This document shows positions 45,891-59,900 of a stretch of 64,000 nucleotides of DNA, one piece after another. Each line of letters opens with the position of its first letter. Within the stretch, counting starts at the first letter, position 1. The stretch is from Veleropilina oligotropha (taxonomy: Eukaryota), in NCBI GenBank assembly GCA_048128005.1, contig JBEUKZ010000129.1, positions 1 to 64,000 of the forward strand, read 5' to 3'. The notes under the pieces were generated by a model. It did no database searches. It had not been told where the DNA came from and saw only the letters and a program-made list of their open reading frames with translations. Position numbers and translations under genes: made by a program.

Positions 45891-48800
45891 AATTTACGAT
45901 TTGACCTCAAACAAATTGCAACATAATTTATTTTGGTGTTATTAGACAGGTATACGACGTTTGAACAACATATAGAAAATCGGACAAATCGTTATTTGCA
46001 TAAGTGCCGTTATTTCTCTCTAAAGTTGAGGAATTTTCGCAACAACCACGATGGCGGCTATGGGCCGCCATACATTGTTTTATAAACATATTTTCGTCTG
46101 CTTCGCGGCCCTGATAGGTTGAACCCGTGCGCCAGGAATTCACGTAAATGGCATATTATGTATATTTTATTAGTTCTAAATATATTTTAGGTCATATATG
46201 ATAAAATAGAGGGATGCACACATCAGATAAAATATCAGTGCTAGAGTATCGTCAGGGCGAAACAACGTACAGTAGGCCTAGGCCTACGTCGTATTAATGA
46301 TTTCAACAAAAGTCTGATAATCATATGTTTCATCAAAACCATTTCTTGTCAGCGTTGAATGTACATTTCCACCACGGGTTATTTCTTATAGAAACAAGAT
46401 TATTATTGTTAGTTAAAAAAATACGCAAATAACAAACACCCACCAATCTTCTGAATCTCCATAGTAAAAAGGTACGGAAGCCCGGTGGTAAACACATTTC
46501 CGATTTAATTCATTATTATTACAGGTTTAATTGTTTAAGGAGCCATTATATCAGGAACATTTTATATTTAAGCGGATGTCGCTTAATCACATGTTAATAC
46601 CATATATATTTTAGGTATATATCGATGGTTAGACTGTGGGGATTCTCGCCCGAAAAAGGTCAGTGGGTCATTGTAGCATGGCGTTCAGGATATCGACCCA
46701 CGGTTCGTCTGATCCAGGTCCAGGTCGATGAATTGTTGTCTCTCTGGGGTGGTAAACAACTCTAAAATATCCTTTTGATAGTCCTGGGCTGTTTGGGGCA
46801 TTTTGGAGAGGAATTTGGTCAAATTCCTCAACAATGGCCTTCCGTTTTCTCTCCCTGCGCTCAGGTGGAGAGGAAGGCCGGTGGAAGCAGAGGATTCAGC
46901 AAGCGTTTCTTCACATCTTCCGGGACAGTTTCATGTAGAATGTTCTGAACTACTTCTCAGAGAGCCTCAGGTGTTTGCATTTCTGCGAGCATTTGATATA
47001 TGTAGTCGTCGAGCATTACCATGCTGAATGAGTATACTCTGTGATAAAATATCTCTAATAGGAAATGTATTGCATATTGCACCCATGCGGATAAACTCTC
47101 TCGAAGGCTTCGTTGTCAGTCCTTAACCTTCTCATTATGACACCCACAGCCTTGACACAGCGAGAAGCGGTTTATAATACCTTTTCCGGAGCCTAGCAAG
47201 GTGGATATTGCGATACTCTGCCAGACAATTTTGATTGACATTTGTTTTTACCCTTCATTGTATCTCGGGTATACACCAGTATGTTTACGATACGGTCAAT
47301 TCAGATTATGACTCATGCTTGAATCAGTAGCGCTTTGACGGGTCAAGTATATGACACCAGTATGTTTAATTTTCAATTCCACGTGTTTACCGTGATGTGA
47401 CGTCTGTGTTTTCTGCCATGCGGGGCAGCGAAAAAACAGTTACTGTAGGTGACGACCGCTAAATATATATACCAGCGTCGGTTCTTATATAGTCTCCATC
47501 TTATGGTATATTACGATGATGGTGTCTTGGAGGTTGAGTTGGGATTATTAAATCAAGCCCATCACCGCTGTACCCATACACAAGCCCTAATTTCAGATTA
47601 TGAAAGACCTGTGTCAAAATATTCCTTCCCTAGGTGATATTATGCTCTAGTGTAATTTGTGCTACAAGAAAGCTTGTTTTTGGTGAAACAACTCTACGTG
47701 GCCCGATCAACTCACCCCCCCCCCCCTCCCTGCTGCTGGAGCCTGGGATGTAGGCCGTCCATGCTAACAACATAACACACCTACCCCCCCCCCCCCCACC
47801 CCCACATACTCTTAATTCGATAATCATCCTTTCTGTTCTTTGTTAATATAAGAAGCATTTTATGTTATCTGGGAAAACTTCTCTTACACAAAATAATGAT
47901 TATTTGCTTGCTATATCTGATGTCCTGAGAAGTGTTTAGTATAAGTTCGAATCTTAAAGCGATAGTCATAATTGTTGTCTTATCTGTCACCTTTCGTGAG
48001 TTATTTTGAACGAACGGACAGACGTATGCAGGAACACACAGACGAATAGACTGACGTACATATTTATAGGATAATTCAAATAGACAAATGACACATCAAT
48101 GTTATTATGCTATTATATAAAATCATATCCACTTGCCGTCTATCGCATCTTGTAGACCTTGAAAACTTTGTCAGTATTTTCGTAATCTTTCTTATATTTT
48201 GGACCAAAATTAAATCGGATAAAAACAAAATTTTTAGAATTACGATTGTGTCCGATTTTTTTTATGTTAACGTAATGCTATTTCATATCGTTTTGACATA
48301 AAAATAAATTATGTTGCAATTTGTTTGAGGTTCGGTCATGTTTAGGGTAAATTGACTGGACTAACTCTGGTGTACAGATTAAATGATCTTACCACAAAAA
48401 ATGTGTTGGAGAGAGATGCAACAGACCTGGCGAAATCTGATGGGTGAACAGGAATATGTTGCAGATAGGGACACAGATAGCTCCCCTGATGAGGACTAAA
48501 ACAGTCAAAGTGGCATCGGTGATAGTACTGGGACATTATTTTTTACTGAGAGCATGCAGGAATTCAGGAAAAGGACATTATTTTCATTTCGCGAAATCCG
48601 CGACGTCTGATTGATCAAAATGACGTCATGTGGAGTTTGGCAAATACTCGTCTCAAACTTGACGTTTTCGTATCAAACTACACGTCGTCTACGGGAGATA
48701 ATCAAGTGTTTTCAAGTATTTATTTGAGATTCAGTCATATACTAAACTATTCCTCAGCTTTTCAAATATCCAGGTTATTTGGCGCTTAGAATAACCCGTG

Positions 48801-49211
48801 AGGTGCAACTTAGTATGACGTTATTCATTGATTAGTCATTGTTCAACATTGACAGGCATATAAAGTAAGTTTTTATTAAAATAAAATGAAAATAAAAATG
48901 TTACCATGTGGCGTCTCGTTTGATACGTACGTTTATTATATGCCAGTCGTTTTCCTCACGCCTATTCTCGCGCAGTTTTCCGAGACCCTGTATCACGGGC
49001 ACAGCTGATATCGATTCAGAAAACGTCTCCTGCTTATATATTCACGGGAAAACGTCTCCTGCTTATATATTCAAAATGGCTGACAAATCGTAGGAACTAC
49101 CTCCAATATAGTCCTATACTATTTCAACCTCCCTTACAGATTCGTGACTAAAATTACCATAATCTTTCGATTCAATTTAATAAGAAACTTGTTGTGGCAT
49201 ATAATAAAAAC

Positions 49212-49456
49212 GTTATCAGTTATTGTGTGGATTCTGGCACATCGGAAACCTCTCGTGACGTCGTAGTTTTTGCGGCGGATAAATCGCTCGAACTTCGTTC
49301 TCGCGATTAATCCGCCGCAAAAACTACAACGTCACTCGATGTTTCCGATGTGCCAGAATCCACACAATACTGATAACATCATTTTATCCTGTTCGCTATG
49401 AAAATATCACGCTCGACTTCGTCTCGCGTGATATTTTCAAAGCTCACAGGATAAAT
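49212..49456 (-). repeat. Two adjacent long imperfect palindromes (49212-49378, 49383-49456)
   Basis: Centres atcgctcgaacttcgttctcgcgat and atcacgctcgacttcgtctcgcgtgat. Confidence 0.9.
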
Positions 49457-49865
49457 GTACGTCTCAAACTCGCCGCCCCAGGATAACGTTAATTATTAGC
49501 AGATTGGATTGGATAAGTAATGATATCTGAGGATTTAAAGATTCTGTAAGATGGGACAAAAATAAGAAAGAGATGCTTTTAAATATCTTCCAAACATTGA
49601 AATAGTGTCCAATTAAACGTATTCACTGAAAATATTGCTAAAGATTACATCCAGGAAGGGAAAAGGTGACGCGTTTTCATTTTCCGTTTTCCCACCCCAA
49701 ATGTCGTGCAATTTCTTATGCATTTAGGTCGGTATTGTTTCCCACAAAAAACGTCGATCGTGACATTTAATTCTTTGGGTACATACTTTAAAATTTCAAC
49801 AGCTACATAATAAACAAGAAATGATTGTCCCGGTGAATGTTGTCGTACGCCTACATATTAATATA

Positions 49866-50750
49866 TAGAGGATCTCATATGAGTGGTAATGTAATATCAC
49901 ATTTATGAAACGAGTTTAACTAATTTTCATATTTTCCGAGGCTTGCCGAGGAAAATATGAAAATTAGTTAAACGAGTTTCATAAATGTGATATTACATTA
50001 CCACGAGTGTGAGGTTCTGTTTATCACATATCGCTCTTCGGTAAGAAACAAACTACAAACTCACGAAATTGCCTCACCGGTACGAAGAATCAGCGACATT
50101 ACGGCGTAGTGATATGTAAACAGTTTAATGCAAAAAGGACATCGTTTTTACTCATTACATAAATTAGTAAAAATGCGGTCTGAAAAGAGTGCGAAAGTAG
50201 TAGATTAATTAAGTTAACTAATAAATATTCTTTGAAAATGAACCGATATAACTTTATATAAACTATATGAACATATTAGAATAACAATTTTCATTAGGAT
50301 TTAAAACTATCTGCCAAAAACAGTAACGCGGGATATGTGTCGCTGACCGGTTAGAATCTGTTATTGACGTCTGCTATCGCGGAGAAGCTATGTATACGTA
50401 CCTCGGGTCCTGCATATATATATATGTGATTGTCGCGTCTGCAATCTCGTTGCCTCAAAATCAGTTCCAATAATCTCTAACATGTTGTTGTTTTGTGGCC
50501 GTTGCTATAAATGTTTCCACTATCACCGCCATGTTGTCAACATTACAAATATTGGCGGCAATCTCATTAAACAAAACGTAGTAAAAACAAGAAGTCCGCT
50601 CGACCTTTAGTGACACGCATTTCTATTGGCTGTTCTAATTTCATTCATTAATTCATCCAATCGCATTTGGATATAGAGTAGACACACGTTGATTACCACG
50701 AATAATACACGGTGTTGCACTATGGGAGAATGACCTAGATATGTGATAAA
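49866..50750 (+). mobile_element. Hairpin-type non-autonomous element (terminal palindrome 49866-50020)
   Basis: Palindrome centred on ccgaggcttgccgagg, then tttatcacatatc...gatatgtgataaa; same layout as 34415-34935. Confidence 0.75.
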
Positions 50751-51344
50751 GGTCATTTAGCATATATTCATGCTCTAAAAGTAATAAGAGGTCGTTGTGA
50801 TTATCCAGGCGAAGGAATCCCGGTGGGGGGAGGGGTGTGAGCCGGGGGATGAGGGGAAATTGAGGGCGTTCCCTCATTTTCATTTAAAACCACCAACAAC
50901 GTGTGTGCATGCCCAATCTCCGGATGCACTAATAATGGAGAATAGCTTAAAATAGTGACGAATTGTAATATGTGGCCTCTTGCATCCGCTTTAGGCAAGA
51001 ATACGGGATAATTAGCTAGGCTACTCCCTATGATGTTCGCATTGATTACAATTGTTAAAGATGCTGATTCCACTTCAGTCCCGTAAAATGGGATTTAACT
51101 CTTTTTTCATACTTGCAGGCCTATTAATAAAGTTAAGCAGGTTTAGAGATTTTCATATCCAGAAATAAAATATAAGACATGGTAATGTTTAAAACGTCGA
51201 TATTGAATATCGTACCCCCCCCCCCCCCCACACACACACACGTACAATTAAGTTAAAGATGCTTAGTCCGCTTCGTTACGTAATTTACATTCGAAAAAAA
51301 CTACGACTTGGGTGTCGTGTGTACTTATCAGCTACTATTATTAT

Positions 51345-54300
51345 ATCTTTAGTCCATGGGCCAGATATCGAAAACCTCCCTCCCTCCCCCTGGGAATTTT
51401 GGGAGACATACATTTATGGATAGCCTACTATGTCTCTATTCGATATCTGCTTGTCTGCAATAAAAATATTTGTGGAATTACAAAATGGCGTGTAAAATTC
51501 AAAATGGCGGCTTTATCACATTTGATTTTTGTGTATTTGATATTTCCGATATATTCTTTTCAGTTTTCAAAGAAAACATGCTTGAAATGACTCATTTTAG
51601 TGATAAACATTTTTAAAACACGATGTACCTTACATTTGTCCAAAATAATTATTGTAAAAATGGCGGTTAACATTCAAAATGGCGGTTTGCCACTATTAGT
51701 GCAATGTGTTATGTACTTTTTTTGGGGGGGAGATTTGCAAACCTATACATTTTTGGAAACATTATATCAAACAGAATTTGAAAACTAATGTTTGAATTTG
51801 AACCGATGCCGTTATGGCGGCCATTTTGAATTTCAAGATGGCCGCCATTTGGAATGATTTATAAAGCATAATACAGCCACAATATCAACAAATAATTTAG
51901 TTTTAGAGTTTAAATGTATATTATCATGATGAAAACATTACTTTGCTTCATCTGTCTGAATAATGTACATATTACAGGACATGTGACAATCGTTTTAGTG
52001 TGTGATATATTATGGATTTCTAGTATTCACTGTATTATGAAGATAATTTTGCACATACATCTAAAAATTTTGTATTACATCACACAACATTAACAACAAA
52101 ACATACAGAACCAAATAATGGTCAATGTTCAAGCCAATATGCAAATTATAAATAGATATTTTTTGCCGAAAAACAATGCATTTAAGCATCAACAGGTATT
52201 AAGGGGAGATAACTCAATAATGTTTATATTTTCATTAAGCATTAATTATATGTAATTATAAAGGTTAAATAAGACATATACTGGCGCATTAACTATATTT
52301 CCAAAGTTAGCTCATGAATGGTCAACCCAACGGACAGTAATCACACAAACTAACCTGCTACGATTTCTATCAGTTGGAGAAAAGCATCCCAATATGTGAT
52401 CTCGTTTCAAATGTTCCTCTACGAAATAGTTGCTTAGTTACTTGATTCCAGACCAGACATGAAAAGACCTTTGTTCTCAGACAAGAGAAACTTCATGCTG
52501 TCGTCGCTGGTCTTCGGGGTCATGGAGTGTCAATTGAGAACTCTAGTACCGGTATAGACGATACCTAGCTGAATGGAAGCAAGTTCTTCTTTATTTGCCT
52601 TCGCCTTATCGTGGTAATGGGTCGACGGCCTGAATTCTCCATTCCTCTGTCATGTACGTCACCCTCTGTCAGATCCATCTCATCCATACTTTACCTCAGT
52701 CCATCTCCCCCATCTCCTAAATTGACGTCCTCTACTCCTCCGTCCTCTCACTAGCTCCCTCCACTCTTTTGTGACGATATCTCCCCCACTCATCCTCAAG
52801 TGTACGTACGATCTCATCTTACTTATTGCAATATCATGCACCATTCGTTTTGCCACCCTCGTTATGCTCCGCACCTCTTCGTTTCTGATTTTATCTCACA
52901 GCGTCACTTCCAAAATTTCTCAGAATACGCAGCTCCGTCACCTCCATTCTCCTCTCACCCCTTTCGTCAGTGTTCAGCACGCTTCCCCATACGTCATATT
53001 CGGCCCATACATTATCTTTTAAATCTTAGCTTTTAACTTAATCGGCATCCTCCTATTATTCAACACTCCACTCATCCAGCTTGCATTGATTCCGTCTTGA
53101 ACATACTTCTCACACACCCCTCCTTCACACATGGTTGATCCCAAGTACTTGAAAATGTCTACCCTCTGTCCGTCTGCTCTAATACACCTAATGTATCTGA
53201 CCTTTTCGAGTCCAAACCTATCCACACTTGTTTGATAACTCAGCAACCAGAATCTTGCAACTGGTCCTCGCTGTCTGCCAAATCCTAAGCTGTACACACT
53301 AAAAATATATACTCATGCATTGCAGAATATAAATTGTCTCTTGGTGTAATTTTCAAAGATAACCCTATGCTGAAGGACATTTGTCTGGATTTCATACAAG
53401 AAAGAGAGGTGGCTTGCCTCGAGATCAACAAAACCAAGGGACCTAAACATGATACATTTTCCAGTTCATGTCTCTTGCATGTTTTGGCCACTGCTGATGT
53501 CCAGAATACCTTTAAAGTTTGGGAAGTTAAAGCAGGCAATGTTCAAGTCCATGATGAATAATCACATTCATCGAGTGGAAACAATTCTGGCCTTCATTAC
53601 GGCATCTCATTCATCTGACCCGATGCTTCATTGTGAAGCAGAAGAATAACTGAGCAAACTATTATTGCTATGGATAGGATAAAATGAAAATGGCTCCGGC
53701 CACGCTATATTTCAGATATATAAGACCTAGGCTTTAACTACCCAGACACTTCGCCTTCAGAACAATCTACAAACAACAGTAATCTTCTCTTTGAAAATAG
53801 CAACCATGAAAATTCAGACACACAGACACTGATGATCTGGATAGATGTGTTAGCAATAAGACGTTCTTCGCAAAATTCGCATCGCACATTTTTATTTCCC
53901 AACACGGAGATCATATTGTCTGTTATGATATTTTCCCAAGAAACACATGCATCTCTATGGTATCATGGGTTGCTCTAATTCAGCCAATCTCGAGAGCTTT
54001 GAGATGTAATGCAGCAAAGGCATAAGTATTTCATGCTTTTACACTGGGGATTTCTGACGAATAGGCAAAGCCATATTTGGATAGAGTTATATCTGAAGGC
54101 GACAGTCAAGTTATCAAGGCACTAATAAGAGCATAGTGATATTGCGGAGGCGACAGATGAACGTCTGGTCACACTTGCGACAATTGTATGTGCCGTATAT
54201 TATCCAAGAGGAAACCATATCAATAACATACCTGAAGTGCAGTGGCATCTATTTTACAATTATATGTCGGATAATAATTGGTTATGAGAAGCCAGCACAC

Positions 54301-55800
54301 CGCAACAAGAATCCTTGGATCCTCTACGAAATGAATACTATCGTGACAGAGCCCCACCGACTCCTAATGTAATACTTGAAATGGTAAGATGCAGGTGCAA
54401 GTTAGATTGTTCAGAATTATGATGACTCTATAGAAAACACTTTAGCTAATGGCAGTGATGATGAAATTTATTAGATTTTGGGCTAGATGTTATATTGGTT
54501 TGAGAATTGATCAGTGATTATAATAATATAATCTTTAAATGTGTAAATTTTCACTAATTCGGCTTATCAAGTACAATATATAAGACTAAATATTCACATT
54601 GTTTAAACCAGCCAACTCATTATTTATCAGCAAATTCCTTAGTTCAAAGCGAAAGAAACCAGTCAGTGTATGCAAGTCGGAATATACATTAATTTACAAA
54701 TTATACTTGCGATCTCATTGGAGGCGCTCGAACACATTACCATTTATAGCAAACCTGAAGGAACAGTTTAAACTGCGTGGTCCAACATCACACAATACGA
54801 CATGCAGAATTTCATATCATTGTAGGTATAGTTTTTCCTGTATGTTGTAGAATGTGAAGGTTTCAAAATATATAGCCACCTATCATTGAAGAATGTACCC
54901 ATACTTATCCGCTGGCGACAATAACAATACTCAGTGAGCTAAGTAAATGGCTTGGATGTTAAGAGGCTGGATAATGACAAAAATGGATTTTGTATAGCCG
55001 CCATTTTAAATTGAATATGGCTGCCTCTCTCCTTAGAGGGGCTCGAAGTAATTATACCATGTAGGCCTACATGTAGGTCTTATAGCAAGGAACAGTTTAA
55101 GCTGTATGGATCCAAAAGGCCACAATGTCACCTGCAGCAATTCATATCATTGATGGTGAGTTTATGCTGCATCTTGTGGAATGGTGAAAATGGTCCATTT
55201 ACATGCTTTCAAAATGGCCGCCAATCATTGAAAAATTTACGGAGTCATTATACCATGTAGGCCTACATTTATAGCAAGGAACAGTTTAAGCTGCATGGAT
55301 TCAAAAGGCCATAATGTAGCCTGCAGCATTTCATATGATTAATGGTGAGTTTATGCTGTATCTTGTGGAATGGTGAAAATGGTCCATTTGTGCGGTGAAA
55401 ATATTAATACTTTGTGTCCTATATTTGGTAGGTTGGAGGTTAAGATCCTGTTTTGTCTTAATAAATGAATACATTTGTGTAACATAAAAGCTGGAGAATT
55501 GACTGTAAAGGATTTTATTGGTTTTTGAACTCCCCATGGTATACAGTTTTCAAAAATATATAGGTTTGCAAATCTCCAAGACAAAAAACGAAACACTTTT
55601 TTAGGACATAGTGAACCTGACTATATATTAAATGGGCTTCGATTAGTAAAAAAAATCGTTCACTTTTTTGCAATTATTTGAGATTTTGATTATTGATGGA
55701 TATAACCTAGATATTATATAATCTGCCGGCAGACAAGCTAAACTGTTCCTCTGGCGGCCATATTGGAAAAAAATCCAATATGGCCGCCATCCCAAGAAAG
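51345..55800 (+). mobile_element. Degenerate Academ-like DNA transposon with an RTE insertion
   Basis: Subterminal arrays of caaaatggcgg/caagatggccgcc at both ends; internal fragments FHAF, GKAIF, PTPNVILEMVRCRCKLDC; boundaries approximate. Confidence 0.5.
52560..53250 (-). pseudogene. RTE-like LINE 3' fragment
   Basis: FKYLGS, SGVLNNRRMPIKLKAKI, VRGRRSRGRQFRRW. Confidence 0.75.
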
Positions 55801-56104
55801 GAATACATAGGTCTAAACCTCATAGATTATTATTTAATACCTTCATTTTACAAGCATGATTAAGTCGATTATGACATTAGGTTAAGGTCAATGGCAAATC
55901 CCCATTTCAAGGTCAAAAATGGTATAAAAACAAGCAATATGGTCATCACCCGAAAGACGGAATACCATAACTTAAATTTAATCCAAACAACATAAACTAA
56001 TAAATAATATCTCCATTTTAGGGTTTTCACGTTTGTGGAAATTGATAATGACATTAATATCACTTTTCCAGGTTAAGGTCAAGTCCAAATCACCATTTCA
56101 AGGT

Positions 56105-56351
56105 CTCGCGTTCGCCCCCAGAGCTCGGCGATTTCACTTGGGCACGGAAATAAGCATATGTTTGCCTCGGTTCACCCAGCTGATCTGAATGGGTACCTGG
56201 TTGGCAGTTATGTAAGTCACGACGCTACCCGTGTGTAAATGACTCCCAGAGGGAGTTGAGATGGCATATCGAGTGGAAGAGGCCAATAACCAGGGGTAAT
56301 ATTGTTCAGCGCATTGAGACACTAGCGTAATAAAGCGCTATATAGGACCGG

Positions 56352-56390
<39 letters not shown>
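56105..56390 (+). mobile_element. SINE family B with (TTA)n tail
   Basis: cacccagctgatctgaatgggtacctg core, agcgcattgaga...gcgctatata end, (TTA)n tail; second copy at ~61480-61722. Confidence 0.75.
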
Positions 56391-56911
56391 AACGCGCAAT
56401 ATGTCCGCCACCTGAAACACCGAAAACTAGAACTTTTAGTCTAACATCATAGATTAATAAATAATACTTCCATTTTAGGGTTTTCAAGGATGAGGAAGTC
56501 GATTATGACATTATTTTTATGATTCCTGGTTAAAGTCAAGGTCAAATAACCATTTCAATGTCAAAAAATGTTATAAAATTGCGCAATATGGCTGTTACCC
56601 GAAAGACGAAACACCATTTATAACTTTAATCTAAATAACATAGATTAATAAATAATACCTTCATAATGGTGCTTTTAATTATGACGACGTCGATCATGGC
56701 GTTATTTTCGTGATTTCAGGTTAAGCTCAAAGTCAAATCACCATTTCAAGGTCAAAATGGCAAAAACGCAAAATATGGTTGTCACCCGAAAGACGGAATA
56801 CCATAACGTTTAAACTAAGCATCATAAATAATACCTTCATTCAGGGGATTTCCAGGATGAGGCAGTCGATTATTTTGGAGACCTGATTGTCATATCACCA
56901 TTTCAAGGTTA

Positions 56912-59900
56912 GTGAAATGAAATTTATTTAACATAATCATAATCATAATAATACATAAATACAAATACATAAATATAAATAAAATGCATTCTACTACATT
57001 AATTTTATGGTACAGTAATATTTACAAATAAATTAATTATGATTATGTAAGGAGATCCAGGGAAACCATTTCGGTCTTATATGGGACCACCTATATCTCC
57101 CCTCACCATAAGTGTCATTAAACAATTAGATATGTAAGTATAGTATAAATAATAGAAAGACATAAATGGTCGTTACTTCAGTGGTGTGAGTAAATAAATA
57201 TTAAGTTTAAAAGTTGTTAGGGGCTAAAATTATTGAATAAATTTATTAAATAAGTCAAAATTTTGTACCTGTTTATGTTTCATATTTTTTTAATAACATT
57301 TTTTTGCAACAGCGTGTAAAATGGGGTACAGTTTTTAACGATTTTAATTTTGGGTCAGTGCTATTCCAGATGCGTGGACCTTGACATCTCAAAGAAAATA
57401 ACCTAGTATTTGTTCGCGATTTGATGATGTGGTAAGTTTGCTTTTGTCTAGTATAATAAGTGTGTACCTGTGAATTAAGTTGAAAGTAATTTTGAAAGGA
57501 GTCTGCTAAATTATTTTTATAATACCGAAACATGAATGTAGACACTTGAAGTTTGTTTATATCAAATATGTGATCAATGGTGACTCCCAAAACTTTTGTG
57601 TGATTTACCTGAAGGATATAGACTTTATCAATGTATACATGTGATTCGTTTTTATGATACTTCTTGGACTTACTACAATATATTATAAATTGAGTTTTAC
57701 TAGTATTTAGAGATAGTTTGTTAATTTTAAACTATAAGCTTACTTTTTTCCAGTTCTTTGTTTGTAATTTCAAGCATAGTACGGAAGTTTTTATCAATGT
57801 AAAATATATTTGTATCATCTGCAAATATTATAAATTGCAGAAGTTTGGAAGTATTAGCTAGATCATTAATAAATAAAATAAATAATAGTGGACCTAGAAT
57901 TGATCCCTGTGGTACTCCGCATACTATCGTTTCCATTCTAGATTCTGACGCATTAAAGGATAAATATTGCTTCCTGTTTATTAAATAATTTGCAAAACAT
58001 TTGAGTGGTAGACCTCGAATGCCATAGTAATTAAGTTTTTTTAAAGTAATTCGTGATTTATTGTGTCAAACGCCTTAGATAAATCAATAAATATACCTAT
58101 TGTAAACTGTTTATCATCATTTGATTGTGAGATTTGGTCTACAAGTTCTATTAATGTCATTTCTGTTGAGTGATTTTGTCTAAAGCCATACTGTTTGCTG
58201 TAGATAATTTTATTATTAGAAATGAAGCTATATAATCTGTTATATATAAGTCTTTCGAGGACTTTCGAAAAGCAAGGCAACACAGATATGGGTCTATAAT
58301 TTGGAGAATTTTGTTTTTTCACCGCTCTTATAAATTGGTGTTATTTTCGCAATTTTAAGTTGATCTGGCTGGAACTATTCCTGTGCATATAGATTTATTG
58401 AAGATTGATACCAAAGGATTAATAATCGCAAACGATGTCTCTTTTACTATTGATGGAGATATTCCACTGCTCTTTCCACTTTTAAATGCGGATATAATAT
58501 TTGAAATTTCCTGTCCATCAATTGGTGTAAAGAATATAGAGTCGTTGTAATGTCCATTCATGTAATGATTAAAATCTTTATTGACTTCTGGAATATTCTT
58601 TCCTAGGTTCGGACCTACATTTACAAAAAATTCATTGAAAGCATTGGCGATTTTTTGGTCTCCTTTTATAATAGAATCATTTTTAATAAATTCGGTTGGA
58701 AAGTATTTGTGTGTGTTTTCGTGTTTAATAATTTTCCAAGTTTGTTTTAAATTTCCTTTAAAAATTGTCAGTTGTATTGCATAGTGTTGCTTTTCTGCAA
58801 TTTTTATATGATGTTTCAGTTTATTTTTATATTTGTCGTTAGCCAAGTCGGATTTTGTATGTAGATATTCCTTGTAAAGAGTATTTTTCTTCTTACAAGA
58901 TATTACAAACCCTTGTCACGGTTTGTCAGGATTCCGCCTGTATGCTATTTTTCGCAATGGGAAGTTTTTGTTATATATTTTCAAATATATTATATTAAAA
59001 TTACTGTAAGCTGCGTTTGGGTTAGTCAAATCATATACGTCACCCCAATCGACTTGATATCATAGAATTAAGGAAATTTGAGGTTAGGTCGTGTGTCAGT
59101 TTATTAAATTCAGGTTAAAATCACCAGCAATGTAACACGTCTTTTTTTCTTTGAACAACTTAGAAAGCTGGATATCTATTTTTTCTTGAAATATTTTAAT
59201 ATCATTACATGGGGGTCTATATATTACGCCAATAATTATGTTTGTTTGCAGATCTTAGTCCATCTCTGCAAACAACATTTCATATAAGTTATCTTCAAAG
59301 ATACTGATGTCTTTTCTGATTATAAAGTTTAAGTCACTTCTAATATAAAACCCGACCCACCCTGTATTTGAACGACGTGATTTAAACACTGTGGTAAAAT
59401 TCTCTAATGGAAACATATCTTAGTTTTCACTAGAGAGCCATGTTTCAGTTACAGCTATTATAGAAAATTGATAATTAATACATTTTAAATATTGAGATTG
59501 TGTTGTATAGTTTTTGTTCATACTTCTACAGTTTAGATGAAAAATAGAAAATAAATTGGTATCTGATATTTCATCAATCGCTTCATTAAATTGATCTTCA
59601 ATATAGTAAGAGCATTTGTGATTTACAATAGTGTTGTAAAAGTTAACATCTGGATCAATATATTCATCAAGAGTGATTTTGCCATCATGTGTGAAAGGGT
59701 TAAAATATAAGTTTTTGATTTTCTCATGGTCTACTACTTCGGGGATTTTGAAATAATTTGCTTCAATGAAAAAATCTGCATCGCTTAAGTTATTGAAGGG
59801 GAAAATGGTGGCAAGGCAATTGCTACAATACCAAGAATTATTATTTGGAGTAGAATTCCTGCATTTTTTGTGAGCAAATTTCTGACACACTGAGCATGAG

